Positions 26,295 through 40,317 of a stretch of 55,220 bases of DNA are shown here, in pieces (within the stretch, counting starts at the first letter, position 1; the number at the start of each line of letters is the position of its first letter). Source of the stretch: Octopus sinensis (taxonomy: Eukaryota); the NCBI RefSeq assembly GCF_006345805.1, contig NW_021835289.1:1-55220 (forward strand). The letters are read 5' to 3'. The position numbers were made by a program, and so were the translations under genes. The notes below the pieces were generated by a model that saw nothing but the letters and a program-made list of their open reading frames with translations, ran no database searches and was not told where the DNA came from.

Positions 26295-28320
26295 AAGATC
26301 AACTAATGATTAATAAAGCCATAACTGAAGACAGCCACAGAAAGAAGAAAGGCCTCAGTATGGCCTGGATTGACTAAAAAAAGGCGTTTGATACCATCCC
26401 CCACACATGGATCCTCGAAACACTAGCCATTAACAAAGTAGCACACCACCCTTATAAATTCATAGAGCACTCTACGAATAAATGGCAAACAGTCCTACAC
26501 CTCCAAACAAGAGGGACTCATGAAAACCAAAGACATCCCCATTAGAAGAGGAATATTCCAGGGAGACACGCTCTCTCCACTCCTTTTCTGCGTGGCACTG
26601 TCACCTCTATCTGATATACTAAATAGAACTGGATGCGGATATAAATGTTCGGCAAAACGATCAGCACCTTTTATATATGGATGACCTAAAACTATACGCT
26701 GCAAATGACAAAACTGGAAACACTATTAAAAACAGTTCATGGATTTACCAAAGAAGTAGATATGAAATTTGGATTAGAAAAATGCGCCAAAGTAACCATG
26801 AAAAGAGGAAAACTAGTTAAGAGTAACAACATCACACTAGATAAAACCAATGAAATAAAAGAATTAGACCAAAGCCAAACTTACAAATACTTAGGAATCC
26901 ATGAACTAGATAAGACACAACACACACAAATGATAGAGAAATAAAAAAAGAATATTATAGACGAGTTAGATCAATACTAAAAACAGAGCTCAATGCTAAA
27001 AACAAGATAATAGGTATCAACACTTTAGCTGTCCCAGTTATAAGTTACAGCTACAATATCCTTAACTGGACACGAAATGAACTGACCAAAATAGATAGGA
27101 AAACAAAAAAATAATGACAGGATCTAGGATGCATCACCCAAAATCTGACATAGAAAGACTATATATACAACGTATAGAAGGTGGTAGAGGCCTTATACAG
27201 CTGGAAAACTACTATAAAATAACCACCATAGGACTGCAAAAATATCTACTTCAGAAGGAAGGAAAACTGATCCAGATAGCGGCAAAACACGAGCAAAACA
27301 AAAACTATTCTCAGTATTTAAGGAAGCTGACAAATACAAACAAAAATCATACCACCTAATAAACATGAAGAAGAAGAAGATGAAAGAAAACAACAAAAGC
27401 TATAAAACAAATGAAATCCAAACTAAAAATAGAACAGCAACGAACCATGATAAAACGATGGCAAGAAAAGCCCCTTCATGGTAAATACTGGACTAAACTA
27501 AACGCAAAAGAAATAGACAAAGAAAAATCCCAGCAATGGTTGAGAAGCTCAGGACTCAAAGCAGAAACAGTGGGATTTTTAATTGCAGCACAAGACCAAA
27601 GCCTCCCCACCAGAATTACCAAAAACATGTAATGAAAAGAAATATTACAAGTAACTGCAGAATATGTGGAGATGGACAAGAAACATAAATCATATTATCT
27701 CTAGCTGCCCAGTCCTGGCTAAGAAGGAATATATTCACAGACATGACAGAGTTGGAACCTACATACATTGGAAGCTATGCCAACATTATGGAATAACAAC
27801 AGAAAAAAGATGGTATAGGCACACATCAAAGGTCACAGAAAACGAGAAAGCAACCATACTCTGGGATATGCCGATACACACAGATAGAGAAATTAAGGCC
27901 AACAGACCAGATATAGTTGTCAGAGATCATGAAGAAAAAAAATGCTTTCTAATTGATGTATCAATACCGGCAGATGACAACGTGTCTCGAAAAGAAATGG
28001 AGAAACTCTCAAAATACAAAGACCTGGAAATAGAGGTAACTAGAATGTGGAATCTGAAAACAGAAACAATTCCTATCATAGTAGGTGCATTAAGCATGAT
28101 AAAAAAATATTCAGACAAATACATAACAAAAGCACCAGGACTTACAAACACATATAACGTACAGAAAATTGCACTACTAGGCACTGCACACATCCTACGC
28201 AGAACACTTTCCATACAATAACCATCAGAGCATTACAACAAATCACAGCACATACCCAAGGCACACAGAGCTGCGCTCGGTAGTGAAGTGAAAGCACGCT
28301 ATAAAAATAAAACTACTGAA
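26295..28320 (+). mobile_element. R4/Dong-clade non-LTR retrotransposon, 5'-truncated
   Basis: RT motifs MAWID*KKAFDTIPH, IFQGDTLSPLLF, YMDDLKLY; CCHC region (CRICG...INHIISSCP...RHD); RLE NRPDIVV...LIDVSIP...EKLSKY; (TAA/GAT)n on both sides. Confidence 0.95.
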
Positions 28321-28570
28321 TAATAATAATAATAATATTAACGGTAATAATAATAATAATAACGACAACGATGATGATGATGATGACGACGACGACGACA
28401 ACGACGTTGATTCTGATGACTGGGTGAATATTTCCAACGGAAATATACGGTACAATATAGATGCACAGTGGTTTTGAAAGAGCATTAAAAGCTGTTTGTA
28501 CCCCAAGAATAATGCGGCTATGCTAACAGCAAAAGTGAAGGCCACCACCAACTAAAAAGTTTTCAATTTA

Positions 28571-28784
28571 ACTCTTTTTACTCTTTTGTTTCAGTAATTT
28601 GACTGTAGCCATGCTGGAGAACAGCCTTTAGTCGAGCGAATTGATCCCAGGACTTATTCTTTCTAAGCCTAGTACTTATTCTATCGGGCTCTTTTGCCGA
28701 ACTGCTAAGTTACGGGGACGTAAACACACCAGCATCGGTTGTCAAGCGATGTTGGGGGACAAACACAGACACACAAACATACAG

Positions 28785-28850
<66 letters not shown>

Positions 28851-29042
28851 GCATATATGTATATATACATACATATATACGACGGGTTTCTTTCAGTTTC
28901 CGTTTACCAAATCCACTTACAAGGTTTTGGTCGGTCCGAGGCTATAGTAGAAGACATTTGCCCAAGGTGCCACGCAGTGGGACTGAACCCGGAACCATGT
29001 GGTTGGTAAGCAAGCTACTTACCACACAGCCACTCCTACGCC
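28571..29042 (-). mobile_element. Family A SINE, full length
   Basis: Complete head and tail with an internal (CA)n/(TA)n tract. Confidence 0.9.
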
Positions 29043-29259
29043 TTATGGTAACAATACTTAACCAGTATGTATTAAAATATGAAAAATATAAATTAATGAA
29101 CGGATTTATTGGAGGGAAAGGCCAGGTCAAGCGAAAATCAACTCTTGACTGCATTTCCTATTGCAGGGTGGATGGGTGGATGAGAGAATATCAATTCCTA
29201 CCCCAAAAGAAAAAAAGAATAAAAACAAGACAAAAACAGGAAAAACACTAAGGAACCTC

Positions 29260-30060
29260 TCCTCAAATTATGGAACAATAGACTGTTTAAAAAGGAAAAT
29301 ATATAGCAAACCCTGACATCTATATTGTCTGCTCATCTGAAAGATAGCAAAGTCTTATCAGAAGAATAGAAATGGCGTGGGAGAAGGAAATGGATGTATT
29401 ATTGATGTACAGAATAGCTACTGGTAAACCGAGCAGTTATTAAATACAGCAGAAAGAGAAATAACCAAGAGAAATAAATATATATATAAAAAACAGAAAG
29501 GAAACAAAATAATTCCATGCATGGTATGGATTGATTACTGGAAAAAAACTCTGACAGCATACCATAGTCTTCGATATTGAAGACAACAAAGAAGACCCAA
29601 TACCAAAGCACTATATCAATCATGCCATGTCAAATTGAATACATCAATAGCATTGTAACAATAAAGAGAAAATGATAAAAAATACCCAACCTTATTCTTA
29701 TGGGAAAAATGCATTCTCCATTGAAACTCCTTAAACTGTCCCCCACCTACCCTATTCTTCTGTCTAGCTTTGACTCCATTAAGAAATTTGCTGAGTGAAT
29801 GCTTAAAATTGCTTAAAGCGTATAAAAAACTGCAAACCATCTTCAGTATATGGAAATTTTCAAATTACTCACCACAAAAGACAAGAGCAGCCGGTTGAAG
29901 AAGCTACTAAAAAATATGTTTGGTGTTGCTTTTTGCATTTAAGGATTCAGCATTGATATATCAACGTAATTAAGGAATTAGATGAATGTTCTAAAGTTAT
30001 CCTTAAAGGAAAGCTATTTAATTGAAAATCAAAATTATTAAATTAGACTTAGACACTGAA
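29260..30060 (+). pseudogene. Old R4/Dong-type RT relic
   Basis: Degenerate MVWIDYWKK, LFFCLALTPL and NHLQYME motifs collinear with the 26295 copy. Confidence 0.55.
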
Positions 30061-30217
30061 TCAAATGATAAGGAACAGAGCTACCTTTCGAAACACTTAA
30101 CGGTAGATGAAACTGATGAGAAATAGAGAAATGGTGGAGAAGGGGAACGTTACAACTGTGAGTGCTATAACAAGGACCGGGCATGGAAGGAGTATTAATC
30201 TGAATCTTACTGCATAC

Positions 30218-30219
<2 letters not shown>

Positions 30220-30254
<35 letters not shown>

Positions 30255-30292
30255 TGAAAATAATAATGATGATGATGATGATGATGATGATG

Positions 30293-30338
<46 letters not shown>

Positions 30339-30352
30339 TGATGTTGTTGATG

Positions 30353-30418
<66 letters not shown>

Positions 30419-30520
30419 TGAAGAAGAAGAAGAAGAAGAAGAAGAAGAAGAAGAAGAAGAAGAAGAAGAAGAAGAAGAAGAAGAAGAAGAAGAAGAAGAA
30501 GAAGAAGAAGAAGAAAAAGA
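30220..30520. repeat. (AAT/GAT)n followed by a pure (GAA)n tract
   Basis: Directly visible; abuts the 5' junction of the next LINE copy. Confidence 0.95.
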
Positions 30521-31064
30521 AGCCATGAACAAGGTGGCACCAATAATCATAAAATATATAAAACATTCCATGAATAAATGGCAGACAGTGCTACAGCTCC
30601 AGACGAACGAGGGACTCATAAAAACCAAAGCCATCCCGATTAGAAGATGTATATTCCAGGGAGACACGCTCTCTCCACTCCTTTTCTGCTTGGTACTGAC
30701 ACCTTTATCTGACATGCTAAACAGAACTGGATGTGGATGCAACTGTTACGGAAAAACAAACAGCCATCTCTCGTATATGGTTGACCTAAAACTGTACGCT
30801 ACAAATGATATACTGCTGGAAACATTACTACAGACAGTACATGGATTTACCAAAGAAATACACATGAAATTTAGCTTAGAAAGACGTGCCAAAGCAACCC
30901 TGAATAGAGGTTAACTAGTTAAGTGTAGTATCATCACATTTGATAAAAGCATATGAAATAAGAGAATTATACCAAAGCCAGACATACACATACTTAGGAA
31001 TCAATGAATTAGATGCGATACGACACAAAGGAAAGAGAAAATAAAAAAAAAGGAATATTATAGA

Positions 31065-31272
31065 TTTACGGAGATGTACTCGCATAGCAAGTAATTTGAT
31101 CTGAGATCGTGTGCTGAAACGAAAACAATTGCAGCGTGGAAGGTGTTTATAAGCCATTTAAGAAACACACAAAAGCCGTTCGATTCACTTCAACATTTAA
31201 GTTTAATTTGTCAAAATATTTTCGTCGCTAAAATCCGCGACCTGTTCACTGACAAAGTCCGTGCTGCATCTC
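31065..31272 (-). mobile_element. 208-bp insertion with 10-bp TSD carrying a hammerhead-like fold
   Basis: TSD atattataga at 31055-31064 and 31273-31282; the LINE sequence resumes in register with the uninterrupted copy near 26951. Confidence 0.85.
31207..31255 (-). ncRNA. Putative type I hammerhead ribozyme with variant G3-C8 core
   Basis: Minus strand tttgtca-GTGAACA-g-gtcgc-ggattta-gcgac-GAA-aatatt-t-tgacaaa: 7-bp stem I, 5-bp stem II, palindromic AATATT stem III. Confidence 0.55.
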
Positions 31273-32611
31273 ATATTATAGAGGAGTCAGATTAATACTA
31301 AAACAGCGCAATGCGAAAAGCAAGATGATGGGTATCAACACTCCAGCCGCCCCAGTTGTAAGTTAAAGCTACAATATTCTTAATTGGACTAATCAGAATA
31401 GACAGGTAAACAAGAAAAATAATGACAGGATTTATGATGCACCACCCAAAATCTGATATAGGGAGGCTATATATATATACAACGTATTGAAGGTGGTAGA
31501 GGCCTTATACAGCGAGAAAACTATTACAAAATAACCACCATAGAACTGCAGAAAAACCTACTTCAGAAGCAAGGAAAACTTATACAAATAGCTACAAACA
31601 CGAGCAAAACACAAAACTATTTTCAGTCTTTAAGGAACTGACAAATGCAAAAAAGAAGTCATAGTGTTTTATAACTATTAAGAAAAAGAAGAAACAGTAA
31701 AAGCTAACTGAAATCCAAACTAAAACTTGAACAGCAACGGATAATGATAAAACGATGGTATGAAAAGCCCCTTCATGGCAAATATTGGGTTAAACTAAAC
31801 AGGAAAGAAATAGACAAAGTAAAATCGCAACAATGGCTGAGAAGCTTAGGACTCAAAGCAGAGACTGAAGGATTTTTAATTGTAGCACAAGATCAATGCC
31901 TTCCCACCAGAAATCACCAAAAACACGTAATGAAAAGAAATACAAGGAACTACAGAATATGTGGTGATGGAGAAGAAACAATAAATCATATTGTCTCTGG
32001 CTGCCCAGTTCTGGCTTAGAAGGAATATATTCACAGACATGACAGTGTTGGGACCTATACACACTGGAAGCTATGCCAACAATATGGAATAACAACAGAA
32101 AAGAGATGGTGTAAGCATATACCAGAAAAGGTCACAGAAAATGAGAAAGCAACCATACACTGAGATATGCCACTACACACAGAGAAATTAAGGATTATAG
32201 GCCGGATATAGTTGTCAGAGATGACCAAGAGAAAACAAAATGCTTTCTAATCGATACATCAGTACCAACAGATGACAATGTTTCTCTAAAAGAAACGTAG
32301 AAAATTTCAAAATGCAAAAATCTGGAAATAGAGGTAACTCGAATATGGAGCCTAAAAGCAGAAACAATTCTATCATACTGGGCGCATTAAGTATGAGGAA
32401 AAAAAATCAGATAAATACATAACAAAAACACCAGAACTTACAAGTATATGTGACACAGAGAAAATAGCACTATTAGGCACGGCACACATCCAAAGTAAAA
32501 TACTTTCAATACAGTGGCAATAAGAGTACCGCAACAAACCACAGCACATACCCAAGGCACACAGAGCTGTAATCGGTAGTGCAGTAAAAGCACGTGATAA
32601 AAAAAAGACTA

Positions 32612-32652
<41 letters not shown>

Positions 32653-32659
32653 GAAGAGT

Positions 32660-32785
32660 GCCATATCATGTGAAATTGGTTGCAACGTGAAATGTGTCTT
32701 GCTCAAGGTCACAACGCGTCTCGGGAATTGAAATCACGACCTTACGATCGTCAGTCGAATACTCTAGCCACTAAGCTACGCGCCT
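32660..32785 (-). mobile_element. Family B-type SINE head
   Basis: Minus strand aggcgcgtagcttagtggctagag...acgatcgtaagg...ttcaattccc...ccttgagcaagacacattt. Confidence 0.65.
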
Positions 32786-33099
32786 ACACACACATGTACA
32801 CATATATAAATATGTATATGTGTGTGTATGTGTGTGCATGCAAATATGTATATATATATATATATATGCATAAATATATACATATATACACACACATACA
32901 TACACGTACGTATATATATGTTTCTGTGTCAGCATATATAATACATCAGTATGTTTGTATTTATGCATGTATATATATATACACACACATATATATCAGC
33001 ATATATCTATCTATGTCTTCTTTCTTATGTATGTGTATATATATGTATATATATATTAGCTACACATAGGACAGTGGGTGACTAATTCAAACACAAAAT

Positions 33100-33630
33100 T
33101 ATTACAGCGGAATCTAGACAAACGACAGTGGATTGTAGAAAAATATTTGGAAGTAAGCCAAGGAAAATTGATTAGTTTAATAAGGAAACCGGTAAAAAAA
33201 TAATCATTTCTGTATATATTAGAAATCAATAAAAAATACGTAAGATACTAATTACACCGGAGAAAAAAGGTTCAGGTAAGAACAATGCTAGAAAAAAGGC
33301 TGAAAATAATAGCTAATATCAAAGAGAAACATGAAAAGATACTAAAAAAAGGAAGAGAATATCTACATTGTGAGCGTCCGGTAAGACTGGGTAGAAAAGA
33401 AATAAGCCGATAGAAAAGCTAACAATGGCGCAAAAGCTCTAGAAAGCTCTGGACTAAAGTCTGAAACAAAAGGTCTGATTGTAGTTACACAAGATCAACG
33501 CATATATGCAGACAAAAATATTTAAATATTACAATGAAACGAGAAAATTAACGTCAACTGCAGACAATGTAATGATAAGAAGCATCAAGAGACAATCGAG
33601 CAGATTATATCCGCCATCTTAGTCCTTGTG
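33100..33630 (+). pseudogene. Degenerate R4/Dong-type fragment
   Basis: ESSGLKSETKGLIVVTQDQ and NCRQC...ETIEQIISA match the pre-CCHC region. Confidence 0.6.
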
Positions 33631-33720
33631 GTGGTAGGATACATATACACGCTCACACCCTGACGAGAGAGAAAGAGACACAGACATACACACATGCACA
33701 CGCTCACGTGTGCATAAATG

Positions 33721-33765
<45 letters not shown>

Positions 33766-33977
33766 GTCTACATACACACACACATTCACACACACATATA
33801 TATACACCTACACATGCATATGTATGTGTAGGTGTATATACATGTGTGTGCGCGCGTGGATGATTATATCTTTCAGTCAATACGGAAAGACTTCCATACA
33901 TAAAAATTAATGGCGTTTAACAAACACAAATATCGCTATGTCACAATGGCTCTGTGATCATGTCCGCGTGCGTGTAT

Positions 33978-34009
<32 letters not shown>

Positions 34010-34048
34010 TATATATATATATATATATAATGTATATATATAATATAT

Positions 34049-34104
<56 letters not shown>

Positions 34105-34228
34105 GATATATATCGAGAGGAATGCAGGTACATATAGACATACATATATTTATATGTCTATATACATGATGTCTCAGGGTGTATATATGTTGTCTCTCTC
34201 TCTCTCTATATATATATATAAGCATATG

Positions 34229-34292
<64 letters not shown>

Positions 34293-34984
34293 ATATATAT
34301 AATATATTATATATATATATGTATGCATATATATACATATATACATATATGTATGTATGTATATATGCACCCAATATACTGAGACATAATTCTTCAGACT
34401 GACGAGAAGATCAAAGAGAACTATACACACAAATATCACATATATCTTAATCAAAGGCGTAAAGAAAAATATCTGCCCTTTAATAGACATTTTGATGCCT
34501 CCCGAAAAGAAGAAAAAAGCAGAACTGCAAAACCCTTTCAAAGGACAAAGATCCCAAATAAAAATAATCAAGGTGCAAGATGTAAAGTGTAAGGTGTAAG
34601 ATAGGCGAGGAGAACCTATAACAATAGTAAATAGATATATTGAAAAAGTTAAAACAGAATAAGAGTTTGGTCGTAGAGACAACAGGCTCCCTGTTCTGAA
34701 CAGAATTCAATGATAGGCCTATTGTATTTAAACACACATATTCTACGCAAGACGCGTTTAATACAGCAACGCAGCTCAGAAAGTACATATTCTAAACAAT
34801 ACAACAAATCAGAGAAACACTGCGAAAAAAAATTGTTCTTTATAAACATGATTTCTAAAAAATATAGCAGAAAAAGAAGAACGAAAAGCAACGCAAAAAT
34901 AACCATGAAGAAGCCAAATTGAATATGGAAAGAAAACGACGGAAAAAATCCCCTCAGAACGCAATACATTAGATGTAAACAATA

Positions 34985-35002
34985 ACAATTTTATAATATC
35001 TC

Positions 35003-35055
<53 letters not shown>

Positions 35056-35084
35056 TGATGATAATAATAATGATAATAATAATG

Positions 35085-35124
<40 letters not shown>

Positions 35125-35233
35125 TGATGATAATAATAATAATAATAATAGTAATAATAATGATAATAATAATAATAATAATAGTAATCAAAATAATCGT
35201 AATAGTAATAATAATAACAATAGTAATAATAAT

Positions 35234-35270
<37 letters not shown>

Positions 35271-35386
35271 GTAATGCACACATCTGGAAAACAAAGCGGA
35301 ACACCCGGGTGATGCAATGTAAAACTTGTATAAATATATTGAAGTACAATAATTATTCACAGCTTTTTCCAACTGGTTACCATACC

Positions 35387-35465
<79 letters not shown>

Positions 35466-35474
35466 TTATAATAA

Positions 35475-35509
<35 letters not shown>

Positions 35510-35677
35510 TAATAATATAATAATAATAATAATAGTAATGCACACATCTGGAAAACAAAGCGGAACACCCGGGTGATGCAATGTAAAACTTGTATAAATA
35601 TATTGAAGTACAATAATTATTCACAGCTTTTTCCAACTGGTTACCATACCAATAATAATAATGATAATAATAATAAC

Positions 35678-35749
<72 letters not shown>

Positions 35750-35765
35750 TATAATAATAATAATA
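34985..35765. repeat. ~0.8-kb (AAT)n field containing two identical 116-bp islands
   Basis: Islands at 35271-35386 and 35535-35650. Confidence 0.9.
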
Positions 35766-36295
35766 ATGCAGTTCCAGGCTGTGGTTCTCATGGCTTCTGA
35801 TATTAACTGATTGAAAGTGTTATCATGTTACCATGTACATTGTTTTGCCTTGGTATAAAAGCTGGGCTACAGTAAATATTCTGCTCAACATTACAGATTT
35901 GCCTGTCAGTTGTTTGACCTTAATCAGTTGAGCATGTCCCTTGGTGGCTGACGATATGTGCATCTCTGAAGTAGTGGGAGAGCATCATAACCATATTCTT
36001 TGGGGTTTGGTTAATTCACCTGTGGAAACATTGGTGTTTCGTTCATCATTCTTAAACAAACCTTATTCAGGGACCTTTTGAGTGGGATGGGATACTCAAA
36101 CTGAAGAAAATCTCAACTGGGCTGCAAGGTTATGTGCTGTTTATCTTGATATATAAGATCAGCATGTTGCGCATATATAGTTGTGATGCATGTGCCTGGG
36201 GTACCCTTATCAGATGGGAAGTCATGATGGGTATACTGGGTTTCATAAATTTTTACCCCAGTGTTATTTTGATGGCATGCACTATTTTCTCACTC
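35766..36295 (+). mobile_element. Family E element, near full length
   Basis: atgcagttccaggctgtggttctcatggcttctgat...ttctcactc; (AAT/AAC)n on both sides. Confidence 0.85.
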
Positions 36296-36644
36296 AACAA
36301 AAATAACAGCAACAATAACAACAACAACAACAACAACAATATTTTAAGAAGATTGACGTAACTTTCCATAATGGTGGTAAACAGACAAGACGAAGAGCGC
36401 GATTGGTTGAACGATATTTCGACAGAAATTTTGTCTTTGTCGAGTTGCAAATAAGAAGTGATAAAAATTCAAAATTACAGATATGAACGAGAGCAGCAGC
36501 AGCAGCAGCAACAACAACAGCAATAATAATGATAATTATAATTGGACGTGGTTTGATAAGCGCACGGGAGTTGATAGTGTTAAGTACTTCCGATCGCGGA
36601 TAGCCAACGAAAGAGAAGAAATACTACACCTCATGGCATTTCAT

Positions 36645-37510
36645 GGTCAGTATCACCGCGAAACTAACCACTTAAAAGATCAGGAAGCATCATGGATGTA
36701 GCTCAACAAAAGTAACCTTAAAAAGAGCACTAAAAGCTTCATTATTGCTGTCCCGGACCAGGCATTGAATATGAACTCTGTGGAAAGGGATATATGCGAC
36801 ACAAGTGCAACGAACCTCGGCTGAATGCGTGGGAAGAAGGTCAAAAGCATGACTCACATCATTAGGGCATGTGAAACTCTTGCACAGAAGGAGTACAAGC
36901 GGCGACAGGACAAAGTAGCCCTAAATGTTTTGAGGATACTCTGCTCTGAAGTATGGATACGAGGTAACGGGTGCTTGGTACGAACATACGCCGGAAAAGG
37001 TAATGGACGAAAACGGAAGAGCAAAGATCCTCTTGAACTTCGACTTCCAGGCAGACATAACGTTAGAGCACTGAAGACTTGGTATAGTAGCACCGAAGGC
37101 CGGGTACAGGCAAGAGCGTCTTGCCGAGTACAAGCAAGTGTGTCCAATAATCGACGTGGCCGTGCCAGGAGATTAACATATTGTCATGAAAGAAAGACAT
37201 AGGTTTACAAATATGAAGATCTGGAAACTGAGAACACCAAGATGTGGCACCTGAGAGAGCCAAACGTAAACATTGTTCCTGTTATCATCAGAGCATTGGG
37301 TTCAATACCACCCAACCTGAATAAATACCTGGGCACTTCAGAAATATTCTGCAACCTTGGTGTATTGCAAAAGCCGGCTTTACTTGGGACCGCACGTCCA
37401 TTGCGTTAAGTACAGTCTGTCTGAGGTATTTGTTGTAACTTTGTAAAGACAGCAAAAATTCCGTTATACACAATATCTTCAATCTACAACCAAACAGTAT
37501 AGCATACTTC
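36645..37510 (+). pseudogene. R4/Dong-clade LINE 3' fragment, distinct family
   Basis: FHGQYHRE...FIIAVPDQAL...MTHIIRACETLAQKEYKRRQDKVA...KYEDLETE...VPVIIRALG...LLGTA; ends in (AAT)n. Confidence 0.8.
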
Positions 37511-37553
<43 letters not shown>

Positions 37554-37614
37554 TAATAATAATAATAGCAATGAAGACGATGATGGTATTGTGCCTATAG
37601 TAGAAAAGGGTTAT

Positions 37615-37830
37615 TAAGGCGGCGAGTTTGTTAAATCCTTAGCAAGCTGGACAAAAATCTCGGCAACATTTCGTTGAACTTTACGCCCTGACTTCTAATT
37701 CTGCCCCGGGGAGCTTTGCCTTTTATCTTTTAGGGTGTCGATGAAATAAATACCAGTCATCCACTGGGGTCGATGTAATCGATTTATCCTTTCCACCAAA
37801 ATTGCTGGCCTTGTGCCGAAATTGGAAACT
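37615..37830 (+). mobile_element. Family F SINE
   Basis: taaggcggcgagtttg...ggggtcgatgtaatcga...ggaaacttattatt. Confidence 0.7.
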
Positions 37831-38197
37831 TATTATTTCTCGAAACCCTCGTTTTTCAACCTTTCGGTGTCGATAGATTAAAGTACAAGGGAAAAACTGT
37901 GGTCGATGTAATCGATTGTTCTCTTGCACCAAATTTGAGACATTTGTCTCTTCCCAAGAAATCATTTCCTGCGCGTTGGATTCGCAGAATTGTTTTTTTT
38001 CCCTGCTTCTTACATTCCTGAAAATCCAATTTCTGCCGAAAACAAATTTGCTTCTCATCTCCTTAGATTCGATAAAGTACAATATTGACCAAGCTACTGG
38101 GGACAATTTAACTAGCAATTTTTCCTCCTCCTACCTGTCCTCGTCGTCATTGTGGTGGTGGTGGTGGTCGTCGTCGTCATTGTCACCCTGTCCCTCC

Positions 38198-38228
<31 letters not shown>

Positions 38229-38544
38229 TCGCTTCTCCTCCTCTCCTTCCTCTCCTTCCTCCTCCTCCAGTTTGGGCCTGATTTGCAGCAGTTTTTCTAA
38301 GGCGGTGTATTTAGAGGATCGTTAGTGAATTCTGAGAAATAACTTGCGGTTTTCTTCCCTTTTTCTCTCTCTCTTTTTTTGTGTGTGTGTGTATTCCTGG
38401 GTTCAAATTCCATCGAAGTCAACTTTGCTTCTCGTCGTTTCGGTCGCCTTTGGCAAAATACATCGTACAAGTTAAGTACTAGGGTCTATATAATCTACGA
38501 ATCTCCTCATCAGTGAGGTGCTGCCATCTAGTATCTAAGGGTGG

Positions 38545-39130
38545 ACGAGAGTATTTTATTCTTCTGAAAATGGCTGCCCTGATACCTCTTGCTAGAAACA
38601 ATTATTATTGGCTGTGGCAAAAGAGATGGTGTGGCAGACCTGTCTGAAAGATTTGAAGATAGGCACTTTCCTATCTGGTCAAGATCTCATCAATTTCTTC
38701 AAATATGATTTGAAAAGGAAGGTGAGGGTAGAGACGGAGGTGCGGCCCTCTAGTGTGTGTATCAAAAGGTAGACGAGAGCAGTAAGACTGGTGAGGCTGA
38801 ATGGATCTACTCTGAGTATGCTTTTCTAAGTAGGAGATAAGAAACTGACTGTAAGATAGCACTTCCTATGCTTTGGAGATGGCAGAGTAACCCGGGAGGT
38901 TTTGTGTGGATTTCTCCCTCCACCTCCGCGAATTACGATAAGTGAACTATTCTCCTATTGGGGATTCTGTTTATTAATTAATAATTTAAATGCCTATTTA
39001 TATAATCTTTTATTACATCCTTTACTGTTGAAGTGTCTCCCTTTCATCGCTGTAAACCCCCATACGTTTTATGTTTTCTGTTGTATCTCGTCCTTTGATA
39101 TTGTCTTCTAAGTCTTGGAACCTTGTGGCC
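38545..39130 (+). mobile_element. L1/Tx1-like LINE 3' end (tentative)
   Basis: AVAKEMVWQT...FLSGQDLINFFKYDLKRKVRVE resembles L1/Tx1 ORF2 C-termini as I recall them; 3' UTR ends aataaatgaa before (ATC)n. Confidence 0.5.
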
Positions 39131-39202
39131 AATAAATGAAATCACCATCATCGTCGTCGTCATCATCATCATCGTCACCATCATCATTTCATTATTATTA
39201 TA

Positions 39203-39249
<47 letters not shown>

Positions 39250-39268
39250 CATTATTATTATTATTATT

Positions 39269-39808
39269 GAGTGAGAGAGCAGTGCATGCCATCAAAGTGA
39301 CACTGGGGTAAAATATACGAAGCCCAGTATACCCATCATGACTACCCGTCTGATAAGGGTACACCAGGCACATGCATCACAACCATATGTGCGCGATATG
39401 GTGATCTCATATGAAGATAAACAGCACATGACCTTGCAGGTGGGGCCCAGATAGAATTTTCTTCTGGTCGAGTAACCCATCCCACTCAAAAGGTCCTTGA
39501 ATAAGGGTTATTTAAGGATGTTAAATGAAACACCCATGTTTCCAGAGGTGAATCATTTAAACCTCAAATAATCCCTCTCAACACATGGCTATGATGCTCC
39601 CCCACTACTTCTGCTTGTCATCAGAGATGCACATATCGTCAGCCACTAAGAGACATGCTCAACTGGTTAAGGTCAAACAACTGACAAGCAAATATATGGT
39701 ATTGCGCAGAACATTTGCTGTAGCCCATCTTTTATACCAAGACAAAACAATGTACATAACATTTCCAATCAGTTAAGATCAGAAGACATGAGAGCCACTG
39801 CCTGGTAC
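39269..39808 (-). mobile_element. Family E element
   Basis: Reverse complement of the 35766 copy; (ATT)n on both sides. Confidence 0.85.
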
Positions 39809-39849
39809 ATTATTATTATTATTATTATCATTATTATTACTATTATTAA

Positions 39850-39911
<62 letters not shown>

Positions 39912-39936
39912 TATTATTATTATTACTATTATTATT

Positions 39937-40062
39937 GAGTGAGCGAGCAGAGCATGCCATCAAAGTGACACTAGGGTGAAATATACGAAGCCCAGTATAT
40001 TTATCATGACTATGTGTCTGATAAGGGTACACTAGGCACATGAATCACAACACTATGTGCAC
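39937..40062 (-). mobile_element. Family E element, heavily 5'-truncated
   Basis: Only the terminal ~125 bp next to (ATT)n are retained. Confidence 0.8.
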
Positions 40063-40252
40063 GTTGTCATCTGTTGGTATTGATACATCAATTAGAAAGC
40101 AATTTTTTTATTCATGATCTCTGACAACTATATCTGGCCTATTTCCTTTAATTTTTCTGTCTGTGTGTAGTGGCATATCCCATAGTATTGTTGCTTTCCC
40201 ATCATCATCATCATCATCATTATTATTATTATTATTATAATTATTATTATTA

Positions 40253-40310
<58 letters not shown>

Positions 40311-40317
40311 TTATTAT

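Larger units (their letters stand above)
30521..32615 (+). mobile_element. R4/Dong-clade LINE, second 5'-truncated copy of the 26295 family
   Basis: CIFQGDTLSPLLFCLVLTPL, YMVDLKLY, LKAETEGFLIVAQDQ, CRICG...INHIVSGCP; same 3' UTR ending actactg(AAT)n; interrupted at 31065-31272. Confidence 0.9.

Noticed and set aside
34400-34980. Purine-rich stretch that could be a LINE 5' ORF relic
   Set aside because: No motif I can identify with confidence; needs a profile search.
36409-36447. Hammerhead-like fold on the minus strand (gaca/tgtc stem, GAAATATC)
   Set aside because: The core reads ctcgacaa and stem I is only 3 bp; too degenerate to call.
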